This document shows positions 51,143 to 64,000 of a stretch of 64,000 bases of DNA, in pieces. Under the pieces are notes generated by a model. That model ran no database searches. It was not told the origin of the DNA and saw only the letters and a list, made by a program, of their open reading frames with translations. The DNA is taken from NCBI RefSeq assembly GCF_018977255.1, contig NW_024704746.1:39928001-39992000 (forward strand), in the 5' to 3' direction. Position numbers and translations under genes: made by a program. The DNA comes from Callorhinchus milii (Eukaryota). Every line of letters begins with the position of its first letter. Position 1 is the first letter of the stretch.

Positions 51143-51526
51143 CAGCCTGGCTCAGTTGGTAGCACTTTCGCCTCTCACATTTATGGGTTCAAGCCTCATG
51201 TCAGGTCTTGAGACTCATAGTCGAGGCTAACAATCCAGTGTGGTGCTGGGGGTGTGCTTCATTGTTGGAAGTGCCATCAATTGGATGAGATGTCAAGGGC
51301 CTGACTGCATCAGGTGGATGTAAATGACATTGTTTGAAAAGAGAAGGGAGTTTGTCCAAGTCAACTCCCCCTCCAATAAAATTGGTTATTCACTTCATGG
51401 GTGATTATGGGACATTGCTTTGTACAAATTGGCTGCCATGTTCATCCACAAAACACAGAATCAAAAGTTCTTTGAGATGTCCACCCAACATGAAAGGCAC
51501 TATATCAAACGTAGGGATTATTATTA
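51143..51526 (+). mobile_element. Old full-length DeuSINE downstream of the TSPAN12 stop
   Basis: cagcctggctcagttggtagcact head, gggttcaagcc B box, Deu-like core, tail. Confidence 0.8.
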
Positions 51527-52257
51527 ACAATTGTTTCTGATTATGCAAAGCTCTATTATTGAAATACTGTCTTGTTTGATAGATATATTGAAATAGGCTG
51601 GTCCTTCCAGGTACAAACAGTAGCAGAAGTACCAGCTCATAAATCATAGGGGGAAATACCAGAAACTATTTTCAAGTCATCATTTTAACTTCTTGAAGAG
51701 TTTAAAAATACAAAGAAACCAAAGTTTTCGTTTACAAATACTTCATGGATGGTCTGAAACAATTCTGACTATGCCACAAAGGATTGAAAGCAGCTTAAGA
51801 CTCACAGTAAAGTCATCATTTTCAAAAAGCTACTATGAATGTTAAAGTAATCTCCATTCTTGAATTTTCCTGGTTACATTTGGCTCACATGTGCCTGTGT
51901 GAGGCAATGTGAGCTACAACAACTTGCATTTATATAGTGCCCCCTCAAGCAGTGTAGCGTCCCAGAGCGCTTGACAGTGGCGGAGCACGAACTAATGCTT
52001 GGTAGTTTGTACGTCCTGTATATTACATGTCTCTTACAAACAAAATAAAAATATATCAGTTTCAATAAACGTAATTCAAACCAATCTTCAAATCTTTGGA
52101 TTTTCATTTCTGAACAGAATAGTGTATGTGACGGAGTGATTGGCACATTTTACACTCATGATTCCCTAATATCAGCTAGATCCTAGAGGCTAGGTGTTCC
52201 ACATAGAAGGAGAGAGGAAACCTCAGTAATCGAGTCATACTGTGAGGCTTTCATGTG

Positions 52258-52700
52258 ACAACAACAGGTTGCATTTATGTTGTGCCCTTCATGAAGGATA
52301 ATGTCTCAAGAGAGCATCAGAAAGACAGGGTTGGATGCTGAACTAGGGAAAAGGAGGCAGGGGAGGGGAGGGTGAAGACTCTGGGCATTGGTTGAAGAGG
52401 TAGGGTTTTATGCAAGATGTAAAGACAAATAGAGAGGCATGAGATGGAGGGGTAGAGGGAGGAAGCTCCAGCGACTTGAGGTGTAGAATCATTCTCTGAT
52501 TCTGGCACAGAAAGGGGCATTGATGTGCAGCAAGGAGGGGTCGAGCAGAGGGGTCAAGCAGAAGAGTGGGGTCAGAGAAGATCAAGCATACAGGTGGAGA
52601 AGAAGATTGAACAAGGATCAGCAGTAGCACGGGCGTAGGAATTGGAGCTGATCGTTTGAAGAATATGTGAAGGGAGAAAAAAAACCCCACCTTGAATATG
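52258..52700 (-). mobile_element. L2 3' fragment
   Basis: caacaac...gcatttatg tail followed by purine-rich antisense L2-like sequence. Confidence 0.65.
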
Positions 52701-53959
52701 GAAGAAAATAAGCTGATTTATACAACTGCACAAGTATCAACAGCAGTGTTCCAACTATCTTGTTAAAATAATTAATTGATCTGCAATGACACAATCTATT
52801 AAAGAACAAAAAATGTAAAGCATTGAACAGCACATTGATTTGGAAACACTGTCCAATCGCCTCTGGCTTATAAAGATTCACAAAGATTGTACAGCACGGA
52901 AACAGGTCACTTAGCCCAACCAGTCTGTGCTAGTGTTTATACTCCATATGAGTCTCCACCCATTCCTTTACTCCCTTCCATACCCCTCTATTCTCCTCTT
53001 CCTCATGTGAAGGTCTAGCTTGAAAACCCACCAAATAGGACATGTATCAGAATTTGTGTCCTGTTAATCATTACAACAAAAAGGATTTCTGGGACTCCAA
53101 GCTCAATGATTTCATTAATGATACGAGATATAGTACAGGATAAAACATCTTTCACGTTGGGAGGACGCCTTGAAACTCTTCACCTTAAAATGTAGTGACT
53201 GTATTTTATAGGCAAAAGATCTTGGTTTGTGTGACAGCTCACAGCATAAAATATTGCTCAACAGATATTAAAACATGTGTAATGGTTACCAGAAAATAAC
53301 ATGCAGTACTCTACAATTAGTTGGAAAACTTCATATTTGTGAGTCAGACTTGAAAGAAAGCACATCCAAGGTAGAAAAGCCACACATCAACAGTCATAGG
53401 GCATTAAAACCCCATTGCCAGGTTCACAGTGTTAAAAATGGTCAGTGTGAAGAATAAATGTGTTCTTAATGAGCACATAAGCTGAGATTCCTGAAATGTG
53501 AAGCTTGCTGTGCGCCACACTGAGACAACTGAACAGATTTTCACACTAAATGATTACAATGGTTTATCTGTCAAAGTCTCCTGCTGAGAAAGATGGTTGC
53601 AGTGACTCCAAATCGACTCAAACTCATTAAATGCCGGTTCTACCGCAAGTACTTAGTACTGCAGTGTTTGAAAAGTACACTGATCTTATTACTTTTATTA
53701 CTTCCAGTTTGCAGTATCTTACATTGATTTGTATTGAACTTAATGTGCCAATGCTCAGTCCAGGTGTATACTTTATCAAGTTCTCTTATTAAGATGACTC
53801 TTATTAACATCCGTAAAAACAGGACGTGGCTATTTAAACCATTGACCCTATTCCATCAGTTTACTGCTTTATGGCAGATTTTTGAATTCCATTTCCCAGT
53901 CTTTTTTTCCATACCATTTAATATCCTTAATTTTGAAGCATCTATTTTATTCCCTTTTG

Positions 53960-54660
53960 GACATCCCAATTGATTTGACCTTGACAGCCTTCTGGAGGAG
54001 TGTATTCCATATTTTCACATCTGTATGAAGAAATGTTTTCTCACTTCTAAACATCCCAGCCCTTATTTTGGTCCCCTCTACCAGCGAAATGAGTCATCTG
54101 AGCTCAGGCTTGTCAATGCACTTCATTACTTTACACATCTCAATGAAATCACCCTTTAACCTCCCCAGCTCTAAGGAATATAACCCAAGTTTACCCAACT
54201 TCTCAACATAGCTAAAACCCTTCATCTCAGATATTAATCTGATGAGTAGCTGCTGGATGCTGTCCAAATCTAATATATCCTTCCTAATATTGAATTATCA
54301 AAGTGAACATAATAATCCAAATGAGGTTTGATTAGCTCCCTATGTAACTGGAGGAGCAATTCTTTGATTTTATATTGCAAACCCCTTCCTATAAAACCCA
54401 TCATCATATTAGCCTTATAGATTACTTACTAAAACTAGATTTGAATGATTTATGGACTTGGACAGCTACATCTATTTACTCATCTATCCCTGCTAAACCA
54501 TCTCCAATTAATACATATTCCCTTTTGCTATTCTTGATTTCAAAGGGCACTAACTCACACCTGTCAATGTTAAACTCCATCTACTCATGTAATCTGTCCT
54601 TTGAGATTTTCTCCCATTGTCTGAACGGCACCTTCCATTTCCGCATTGAATCATACGATT
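53960..54660 (-). mobile_element. Degenerate CR1 ORF2 fragment
   Basis: Reverse strand gives YVEKLGKLGLYSLELGRLKGDFIEMCKVM, the CR1 RT C-terminal motif. Confidence 0.8.
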
Positions 54661-54929
54661 TGTGACAAATGGGCTCAAATAGGAAATAATAAGTTAAGTA
54701 ACTCACAAAAAAAAAATCCATGACCAAGGCAGGACTGAGCACTGTTGAATTTTACCCAAGGTCCCAAGACAAGGCTGCCTGGTTGGAACAAATGTTAATT
54801 TCTAGGAAATAAATATTAAGTAAAACAAATGCAGCAGTCACTCCAGGGACTAAAATTTAGAATAAAAAGTTATCTTGTTTCAGCAATATTAAAGATGGTG
54901 ACTCCAAAACTAGCAGACTTAAATATAAC

Positions 54930-55195
54930 TGGTAATGGGGAATCTAATGGGGAATTTAGGAGAAACGTCTTCACACAGTAGGTGGTGAGAATGTGGAACT
55001 CACTGCTGGAAGTTGTGGTTGAAGCAAATAGCATCAATGTACAAGATATTTAGGGAAAACCTTGAGGCATACATGAGGGAGAAAGGGAACAGATGGATAT
55101 AAGAGAAGGGAATAGGAGGGGTGGGGCCTTGTGGGGAATATAAATATCAGTAGGGACTGTAGGGTTGAAGGCTGGATCACTTTATGCAATTCTAT
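54930..55195 (+). mobile_element. CR1 3' end
   Basis: Homologous to 14300-14561 (aggagaaacgtcttcacacag...atgtggaactc...atgagggagaaaggg). Confidence 0.8.
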
Positions 55196-55494
55196 GGCAG
55201 TGAACTGGTCTGAAAGAAGAAGCGCCCACTTCCAGGAGGGGTGTCCTGCCACCTAAAATTGTTTTAAAAAGAAAATTGCAACCTTTCCCTCCTCCTTTCC
55301 CAAATAACTAATGCCATCACCCATTTGAAAGTCAAAACTTTAAATATATGCAACCAGCCTCAAAAACACAACTAAAGCTCACCTGGGTTGAAATTCAGAA
55401 ATGTTATTAAATTGTCATGTTCTGTCCAATCTAAATTGCCATTTGATGCAAAGAAGTCATTGGATTTCTCCATCAGAATGGAACCCGTTATCCT

Positions 55495-55508
55495 GTTTCC
55501 ATGGCAAC
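55495..55508. promoter_or_regulatory. RFX X-box motif
   Basis: GTTTCCATGGCAAC fits GTTNCCATGGNAAC exactly; function untested. Confidence 0.5.
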
Positions 55509-57413
55509 TCTCAGACCTACTTTTAACAATAAACCTCAGCTTTAGGAATTCTTTTTAAGTAGAGAACCAGAATAGATGATGGACATCTTTAAATATTATA
55601 CAGATTAAATTCAGGATATTTTCAAAATGTAGCATTAGAATTACTTGTGAAATGTCAGAGATGATCACAAAAAGCCTTACCTGTATGTTAGTTCTTTTGA
55701 TTCTCTGCCACATCTCACAACTAGTTCGCTAGCACTTCAGGTCCAGAGCACAAAAGGTGGTCCCAAAGGGAAACTCATCGTGGAGTGAGTGTTCTACCAA
55801 ACGTTTTTTGAAGTTCCAGTCTTTTTTAGTTAGTGTGAAGCCCACTTCTGTTCAACGTGTTCAAATCTTTGCTACATTCTCAAGTTGACATTTAATCATC
55901 TTATATTCGTCCCTGGTGCACATTAGTCCTTGTATCTTTTTATCCATCTCTGTGTCTGAATTTTGTTTAAAGATGGCATTTAATTTTGCCCTTGTATTTT
56001 CTCTTATCTCTTTGCCATGCACTACTCCACTCATTTTCCAGTTGTGAAAATGGATGGGGAGTGTCAGGCGACTATTTACCTTGGTGGGGAAGGGGAAGAA
56101 ATTCTACCTGGGTCTAGATTTACTCATATTCCTTAGCAATTCAGAATATGCAGAACTTGGCAAATTCTTGAATAGACTGAACTTTGAAGCTGGCTTGCAC
56201 TAAGTCCTTTTATACACACACACATATATATATATATGGCAGTATGAAAACTGACCCTAATACATCTCTCACCCGATCTATATACACATTTGCACTTCCC
56301 AATACTAACTAATGGATAGCGAACAGGAGCTCCCTTTCCATAAAGCAGGGCCACTGAGGCCAGTTAAAGCACTGCAACTGAGATCAGTTAACTCAGCACA
56401 ACTCGGGATAAGACCTGAGACCCTCCTGATCTGCATGTCTTAGCTTTGAATTAGGTCAACTCTTTATCAACTGGGCCATCAGGAAAGTTTGGATGATTGC
56501 TTCCCTAAAAATTACTTTCCCTGCTGTTAACTTTGTCCTACTTTGGCAAATTTGATTGTCAAAAAATCATGAACAAATTGGTAGTTTCTGCTTTTGTTTC
56601 AAAGGTTATTCCAGGCAAATCTTGCTTTTGTACAGGCTTGTTTTAATGGTGTAGAAATCAAATGACTTTACATAGCTGATGGAATCGTGTTATGTGCAAT
56701 GAGTCAGGATAGATATAAAAACACTGTGTGTAATCAGATATGCATAATACTGACCTGCTCAATGGTGAGATTTATTTAGATGAATGTACTTTACTCGCTC
56801 TATGGCAGAAAGTTATTGGCGGTGCTATTCCAATAAACAAATGTGCATTGCACTACTGATTAAACCCTTAAAGGGAAAAATAGGGCTAGGTTACTTTTGC
56901 AATGTTTTAATGGAAATGTATTATTTTACTTAGGATCTTTCTGATGCTGTACATTGGCCGAGAAATTGCAATTAATCAAGGTGACAGAAAACACAAATGC
57001 TCAAAAATGAAAACATTTTAATTCAAAGTTTCAAACACTTGAATCCTTTGCTTTATCACAGGTTTCCATTCAATTTATAAATTATGTAAAATTCACAATA
57101 TCCCTGTACCTATAGATTACTGAGATTTTCGTAGGGAGATGTCTTTCCATGTATAAGTTTACACATGAAGATGTTCACTTTAAATATTCTTCATATCTCT
57201 GTGGGTTCTGTTGAATTAAGTTCCATTGCCCAATAGCACGTGTTGTCATCAACAGCAACTTTGTTATTTACATACTTCTATTTGCTCCATTTATCTAGTT
57301 ATGGACAAGTTTACAAAACTTCACTTTTTAGAAGTTAAGAAATGAATGCTGTTGGTGAATTAAGAGCTACTTTAGTTACAATACCATTTCTTCCAAATGA
57401 AGCATGCAGAAGC

Positions 57414-59595
57414 TTTATTTTACTTTTTTGATGTCTAGTTGTTCAGCACGAAAAAGCCCCAGTGAATGATGTTGCTTCACTAAACTGGAATTTAGGAAAG
57501 CTTTTTAAACACTTTGGAACAGCAAATGTGGCAAAATTGTATACTTACAACCAACATACAATACAAAAAGCAACAGTCATTTCACAACCCAGAATAAAAC
57601 ATATTTTTTTTGAGTCACCTACAGCACAACAGATTTTATATATTCATAAATAAACATAAAATGAAGCTTTTGCAATAAGTAAGATTCAAGAGAATTTGGA
57701 AAAGTTGCTCTGTTATATATCTGGAGAGTGCATCTTCTGTTCACCTTTGTATTGAAAGTGTGAAAAACATCATTATATACCTGTATTTGCAACCTGGAAT
57801 TTATTAAATCTTGCAGGTATTGTTATTGTGGATTATTGTGCAGTGCTTCGGTTGTAGACTAATGTGAGGGAAAATGTTGAAAGGAAGAAGAATGCAATGT
57901 CTTGTTTTTCTTTTAAAATTTATTTTTCTTTCCAAGCACCCTATCCCTATTTAACAGCGTGTCAACAAAGTTCACATTTGTAAACTGGATACATTGATCT
58001 AAATACAATAGCATTTACAAAAAATTACATGGCAAAGGCCCTTTGCCTTGCCCAAGAAACCTTGTCCATGCAAGCTTGGTTACTCTGTTATTTCCCTCTG
58101 TTTGAAGCACTGAAGCATTATGTTTTTGCTTACCCTCTGCTTGAAGCACTGTGGTTTGGTTGGGATATTGCCATTTTGGGACAAAATTGGTTCAGCCTAT
58201 TAAAACTTGCTTATCCTCTTGATCAATTTCCATAATCCACAGTACGGATTGCGTTTTTCGCAATCGTTTGAACTATAGCTGAGATCAAAGGGCTCTCTAC
58301 TGCTCAACAATACCTTGCAGTGTTAATGCAATCAAAATGGTTTAAACGATTAAAATTCACATAGTTCAAACATTATCACACCTTATATTCCTACTTTTTT
58401 TTAAAAAAAGGAAAAGGAATTAATACTGTGATTCAGCACCTGTGCAGATACTGAGAGAATAATTCTTTAGCAGGAAGAACATCTTCCACATCTAGAGATT
58501 GTAGGAAAACACAACTTGCTGAATAACCATCCACCAAATCCCATAAACCAGTGGGCCATGCATAAACAGTCCATTAGCCTTGCCAGAGCTGCAGTGAAGA
58601 AAGACTAAATCATGTAACACATGACTGAAATTCTCATATTCAAGTACTTTCTGAAAAAAATCACCCACCCGTCCTTAATTATAAAAGTTTTTAAACAGAA
58701 AGCAAAAATTCAGGATAAAAATTTTGACTTGGTTGTACTCAGCTCAAATTGGTCTCAATACAAGTATCAGTGTCTTCGAGAATTTGAGGACCGATGGTCA
58801 CTAACTTTTAGTGCAGTTCACAGAAACTGATAGCTAAAACTCTCTTACTCTCTTGTTCACTAAACCGTGTTTGATCACTGAACAACAGTCTTATCAAAAA
58901 CTTTCAAGCAGCCTTTCCCCGGTCATCTTAGAGGAAACAGTCTCGATGCTGGTGAATCCCCACTGACTGCACTGAAGAAGGAAATGTGCCTCAAGAAAAT
59001 GTTAACATGCATTGCAGTGGTCTTTGTTTCATTTAAAATGCACCAGTCTTTGATTCACTTCTTTACAATTACTTCTGTCTTTACAATTCAACTTCAACAA
59101 GTTCATTTTACTTTTGCTGCTGGGAAGAAAATCCCATATTGATGCATTGAAAAGTTTGCGAGTTTTTGTTTCCCATGCAGACGTTTTTCCACGTCAGGCG
59201 AGTTAGTGATAAAAAGAGCTGTCTCGACAGGAAATGTAACATAAATGGGTGGGAGGTGGGGGTGGAAAGGAGAGAGAAAAAAGTCTCATTGTGCTCAACT
59301 GCAAAGACGTTTTCTGCAGAATGTTTCGTAACCTATTTCGAGCTTAATTATAACTCCTTTTGCGCAGCTCATGTCAATATTACACAACCCTGATGCCAAA
59401 CTTCCCTTAAAATTATCCTTCCATGCTTTGGTCGTTGTCGTCATGGGCTTCGAAATGCAAAACTATCAGGAAAAGCATCGATTTTCTTTTCTTTGTCTCC
59501 AATCTGTGACATTCTGTTCTTTTTCTCCAATAGCATGAACACAACACAAGTGGTCAGATGACATTCCAGGCTGCTATTCAACAGTTCCCTTTTTT
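57414..59595 (-). other. KCND2: Probable long KCND2 3' UTR
   Basis: Repeat-poor AT-rich stretch after the stop, with AATAAA candidates on - at 57919-57924 and 57414-57419; end point uncertain. Confidence 0.45.
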
Positions 59596-59773
59596 TTACA
59601 GTGCTGACACTTTCACAATGTTGCGTTCGGATATGTCAGGGGAGTCAGACCTGTTATCTCCTTCAGGTGTTGTGCCAGGAGGGGTTGGGATACTTATTAT
59701 TGCTGTTGTTATGTAGGATTGCTCACAGTTTAGTTTGACGCTTTCCTCTACCTTTGCATTCAAACTGGATCGG
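59596..59773 (-). CDS. KCND2: KCND2 (Kv4.2) terminal coding exon ([59 protein letters not shown])
   Basis: cag acceptor, 178 bp, Kv4 C-terminus with IPTPP-x-TTPEG and terminal VSAL; synteny with TSPAN12 supports KCND2 rather than KCND1 or KCND3. Confidence 0.95.
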
Positions 59774-61202
59774 CTGCAAGAGTGAACAGACAATGTTATA
59801 TCTTACAAGACATTGGTAAAGACATTGGGTCGAGTTATCAGATGAACTATATAATGCTCCACTCCCATCTTCTTGTATATAAAAAAGAATAACAGAGTTT
59901 AATGGTTAGATAAGTTCCCTTTTATCAGAACTACCACTAAAATAATTGCATTCTTTGACTAAATGCCGCAGTTTTGTTACACAATCAGAATGATTAGCAG
60001 AGGGAAAAAAATTAATGGTCCAAGTTAGCTTGATTCGCACACAACCCTTTTTAAACTGGTTTGCTCTATAATCAAGGATGTTCTGTTTTAAAGGTCAGAA
60101 TCAAAACATTACACTCCCCAATTATCACAACTGTAATCTTTCCTTTAGTGATGGCACTTCAGGCTCTTCACTGACCTGGTGCTTCTAATTGCAGCTGCAG
60201 CTAATACTGTGTTTCAAAGAAAATCCTTAAATCTACTAATATACAAGATCCAGAATCTCAGGATTTCCTACCCAATTTTGACAGCTTCGGTAATTTCAGT
60301 CAAAGTGCTGCAGGTTTTAATCCTTGGATGCTTCGTAAATTTTATAATTTAAAAATTGTGCTGAAAGCTGGCTATATTTCAGAAAAGTTTTCAGGCTGTT
60401 TGAGCTGTCCTCTTTCCCAGCTAAATTTCAAGCCTCACTTGTAATGGAGAAAATCTCCTAATTCAGCATAAAGGATACTAACACTATAAGCACTGCAATG
60501 ATGCTGTGCAACTGTCTGGAGCAACTAGCACTGTATCATTAATAACAAAGTCTGCACTGTATAGCTTTCTAATTAAATGTCTTAAAAAGGCACAGGCTTT
60601 CTCTCGGTTGTCATTTTGCCCCACCTTCTCTGTTCTCTCTTTTTTCAAGATTATATTATCAGTCACTAATAACAGGATCAACCCTGGAGCTCTGGCATTC
60701 TTTAGCCCTCGGAGAGACCAGGTGAGAGCAGTAAATAGAAACCGGGCTCCCTGATCAGAATCAATCCACGGCTGGAATCAATAGAGCATTGGCTGCATGC
60801 CCCAAATTCTCCGAATCCCACCTATGGAAGCTCCCTGTTCAACATTTGGACCCGGTACCTGTTGTGAAGTTGCCTATCTTTTCAAAAACAAAAAGCAAGA
60901 GACAGCAGGACTATTTTATCTGGGATTTCAAAATCAAATTTTGTTTGTGGGGGAAAAGCAGCTTGAATCCCAAACCATCACATTTGTTGTACAGCAAACA
61001 CCCACCTGTTAAATAGTCTAAAATAATTGAATAATTGATTCAAACAGTAACTTACCTATAGTATTGGCATTGTAATTTATACCTGCAAAAGCACACTTTT
61101 ATCCTTGACGACTGATATGTGTGTGTGTGTATGTGTGTGTGTGTGGGGAGGAGGAAATTAGGTTTTATTTAATAGAAAAGAAAAACACATGAAGAAAGTT
61201 AC

Positions 61203-61450
61203 CTATTAGACAGGCCAGTCCGCTCCACGCATTGTATCTGAATAGTACTAAGCTCCTGTACACTTCCAGGCCGACTGAGGCAGATATTAGAATTTGGGAG
61301 CCGGAAAGTCTTTTTGTTGCGTCTTGAGCAGCATGTTCCAGTCAAGCCGTGCTGTGAGGAGAGAGAGGGGCTGCGAGACACGACACGATTTCCCGTGGAA
61401 CGTTCAAGACAGTTCTCTTCGTACATCTGCTCATCGACAAATTCGTGATT
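61203..61450 (-). CDS. KCND2: KCND2 penultimate exon ([16 protein letters not shown]...[16 protein letters not shown]...[21 protein letters not shown])
   Basis: cag acceptor, GTAACT donor, 248 bp, phase 2 matches the terminal exon; upstream exons lie beyond the window. Confidence 0.95.
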
Positions 61451-62432
61451 CTGGTTAGAAGAAGGGAAACGAAAAGAGGGGTAAAAAGTGTTTCACACGG
61501 GTTATAAGGGATACCTTTAGAAGGTTTTTAAAATAAGCATTTTGAAGGGCAGCAATAGGGTCTGATAGTCTAGACTCCCTACATGAACACCAATACAACT
61601 CACTGAGGTTACAGGTGAGCTGACCCATGAATACTGGGAAATTTACATTGTTACATTTGGATAGCCCCGGCGATGGCTGTTTCAGCCACCTTCCCCATCA
61701 GTAAAATATGGGGCTCTCACAGTGTGAAGATTCTGCTCATCATCATCTTCGTATCCTCTGCTAACTCCAGCTCTGATCTGGAGTTCAATACTCACCTTTT
61801 GATAAGTCTTTCCAGAAGTTTTGTGAGTGATGTTGCATTATCATCTTTTAATGAGTTGATAACAAACTATGTTGCTCTGTTTTCTCCTTTCATTCAGGTT
61901 CTTTTACTCCCTTCTGAGGGGCAGGGATGTTGAAACAGTGTTACTCACAGACAAATCATCCATTTACATGATCTACTGTCGTTCTGTCCCTGTTTACTCA
62001 CACTTACAAATTTGCTCAAAAAAATTCCTAACTACATTATTGGTTACTTAGTTATATGGCTGAAATGCAGTGTGAAACAAATCACCTGGTATGAACCGTG
62101 TTGCCATTTGTTTACCAGCAACTTAATGCATATCTAAAGTATTTTTGAGCTATGCTGTCCTTGTGTATGTTAAATCAGCTCTGGCAATGAAGAAGTGGAC
62201 TAAGGTGATATGAGGAAAAAAAATATCAGGGACTTGTAAATCTACATTTGAGTGGTCACATTGGTTATTGTTACCAATGTCCCAAAGTGCTGGAACTACA
62301 GAGTCCTACAGTGTTCATCCAAATTTAAAAGAACTGAATCAGCACATTAAGTACTTTCCATTGAAATATGCTACAAAGATCGCAAGAGGGGTTTGGATGA
62401 AGAAGGCTTTTGATCTCATTCCTTTTTAAAAA

Positions 62433-62610
62433 ATAATAAATTGGTCACTTCAATCCACGCCTGTTTTTGGGACACTGCTGTACGCAATTGGCTGCCATGT
62501 TTCGCCCACAAAATATACTATCAATTCACTTTACAGTATATTCCATGAAGCACTTTGAGACGTCTCAAAGACATGATAAGGCGCTATATCAAATGCAAAG
62601 ATTATTATTA
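62433..62610 (+). mobile_element. SINE 3' half followed by L2 fragment (to about 62910)
   Basis: aataaattggtcac...gggacactgctgtacgcaattggctgcc...aaatgcaaagattattatta. Confidence 0.8.
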
Positions 62611-64000
62611 TCCTTCTAAGGTAGCCACAGTATCATCTTCCCACTACACCATAGCAAGTTCATGGTTGAATCAAAATAACATAGCAATGCCCCTGATCTC
62701 TGAAACACTCTCCCTAAATTCATTCCCTTTACACCCGTCCTCTCTGCTTTCAAAATTGTTCTAAAACATTCTCTCTCTTTAGCTGTACGTTTGGTTACCT
62801 CCCTCCTAAGCCTTATCTCCCATCCTGCTTGAGCTCCTGCTCGGTCTCTGTGGAGCATGTTGAGATATTTTCCTGCATAAAAGAGGTTATATCATTGCAA
62901 ATTGCTGCTGTTGAATTGTTAGTTTCCTGACACTGTGTATTACTCTTGAACATCTACACAGATTGTACTGTAATTTTACTGGAGTCGTAAAAGACACTAG
63001 TTTTCCTTATCGTTGCTTTTGAAAATAGTCTCCCACTGCCTAAAGGTCAAAGTTTGAAAATCCTTTGCCCTCAGTCCCACCATTTCCCTCCAGAATATAT
63101 AAATTATTGCTTATCTAGAACACTCAAGCCGAAAAAAGATAGGTAAACATTTTTTAAAAAAATGAAAGCATTGGATATAGTAAATGCACAAGGCACATTA
63201 CCAGTCAGTTTGGATTTGGCACTAACAATGTTTCCAACATTTACCAACCACTGGCCATCGTTGTTAAAAGCTAAAGAACACTTTCAAGAGACAATGGCAC
63301 ACGAAGAACACCCGAACAACACCAAACCCATCAATATAACAGAACAGAATCAGCAGGAAAGCTTGCACACAAGTACAAAATATCAGCGTACAGCACAAAC
63401 ATCTTCAGAAGCATTAACAGCGGCAGCACAAATACTGCAACACAAAGCACTTAAGTTTAGAAAATTCTGAGATGAACAATCAAACTGGTACCTTAATGGA
63501 TGCTGAAGACCGAACTGATAAGAGGGGATCATCCACAAGATAGGACAATCCCTATATGGTAACATGCCAACAAAAAAGAAAAAAATAACCAATGCATCTT
63601 AATAGGTGTAACATCAGCATTGTGAACAGAAACATCAGCATCCTTGCCGTTAGCTTCATTACATGGGAATGTTACACAGTTAACCATTATCTGTGAACAT
63701 GACACATTGCTCAGGTACATTTAAGAAGAAATCATAGTCAACTTACTTTTTCTTAAACAAAACCATTAGTTGGTGGAAATAAATTAGACTGACCAATACG
63801 GCAAAAAAAAACTTTGAAGAGCACATATGAATATGGTTTTCAAAGTTTATTGCATTATGTGATCTTATTCTAACCTGTTTTTTTGCATGAATTATTTTCA
63901 GGTTTCACTTTTAGAGATGACAGGTGAATTTTCTCTTGGTTTTAAACCTCAAAGAAGTTTTTGGTAGTTACCCCCAGTTGAATGCCAATTTTATATGTTG

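Noticed and set aside
63162-63470. 102-aa ORF antisense in the KCND2 intron
   Set aside because: No recognisable homology; does not correspond to the next KCND2 exon, which is outside the window
1-64000. CRISPR arrays, operons or prokaryote-type defence systems
   Set aside because: Sequence is vertebrate with spliceosomal introns; no regularly spaced repeat-spacer array seen

Overview
AT-rich vertebrate genomic DNA, most likely a cartilaginous fish. The DeuSINE/L2/CR1 repeat landscape and single Ns after homopolymers suggest the elephant shark Callorhinchus, but this is inference. I resolved three spliced protein-coding genes exon by exon. ING3 is complete (minus strand, 12 coding exons, 6177-17360, 413 aa). 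TSPAN12 is complete and head-to-head with ING3 (plus strand, 7 coding exons, 24087-50516, 305 aa, one GC-AG intron). The last two coding exons of KCND2/Kv4.2 (minus strand, 59596-61450) converge on TSPAN12. This is the conserved KCND2-TSPAN12-ING3 block known from human 7q31. The rest is introns and intergenic DNA containing a young tRNA-Ala-headed SINE, older DeuSINEs, L2 and CR1 fragments, a hAT-Charlie-like element with an 8-bp TSD, a Tigger-like element and several palindromic MITE-like hairpins. Repeat boundaries are approximate and were read by eye. I found no convincing novel multi-gene system. The items most worth checking are the inverted SINE pair in ING3 intron 9, the TSPAN12 GC donor and upstream ORFs, nested transposons, a perfect RFX X-box and an unexplained GC-rich insert at about 3.1-4.3 kb.
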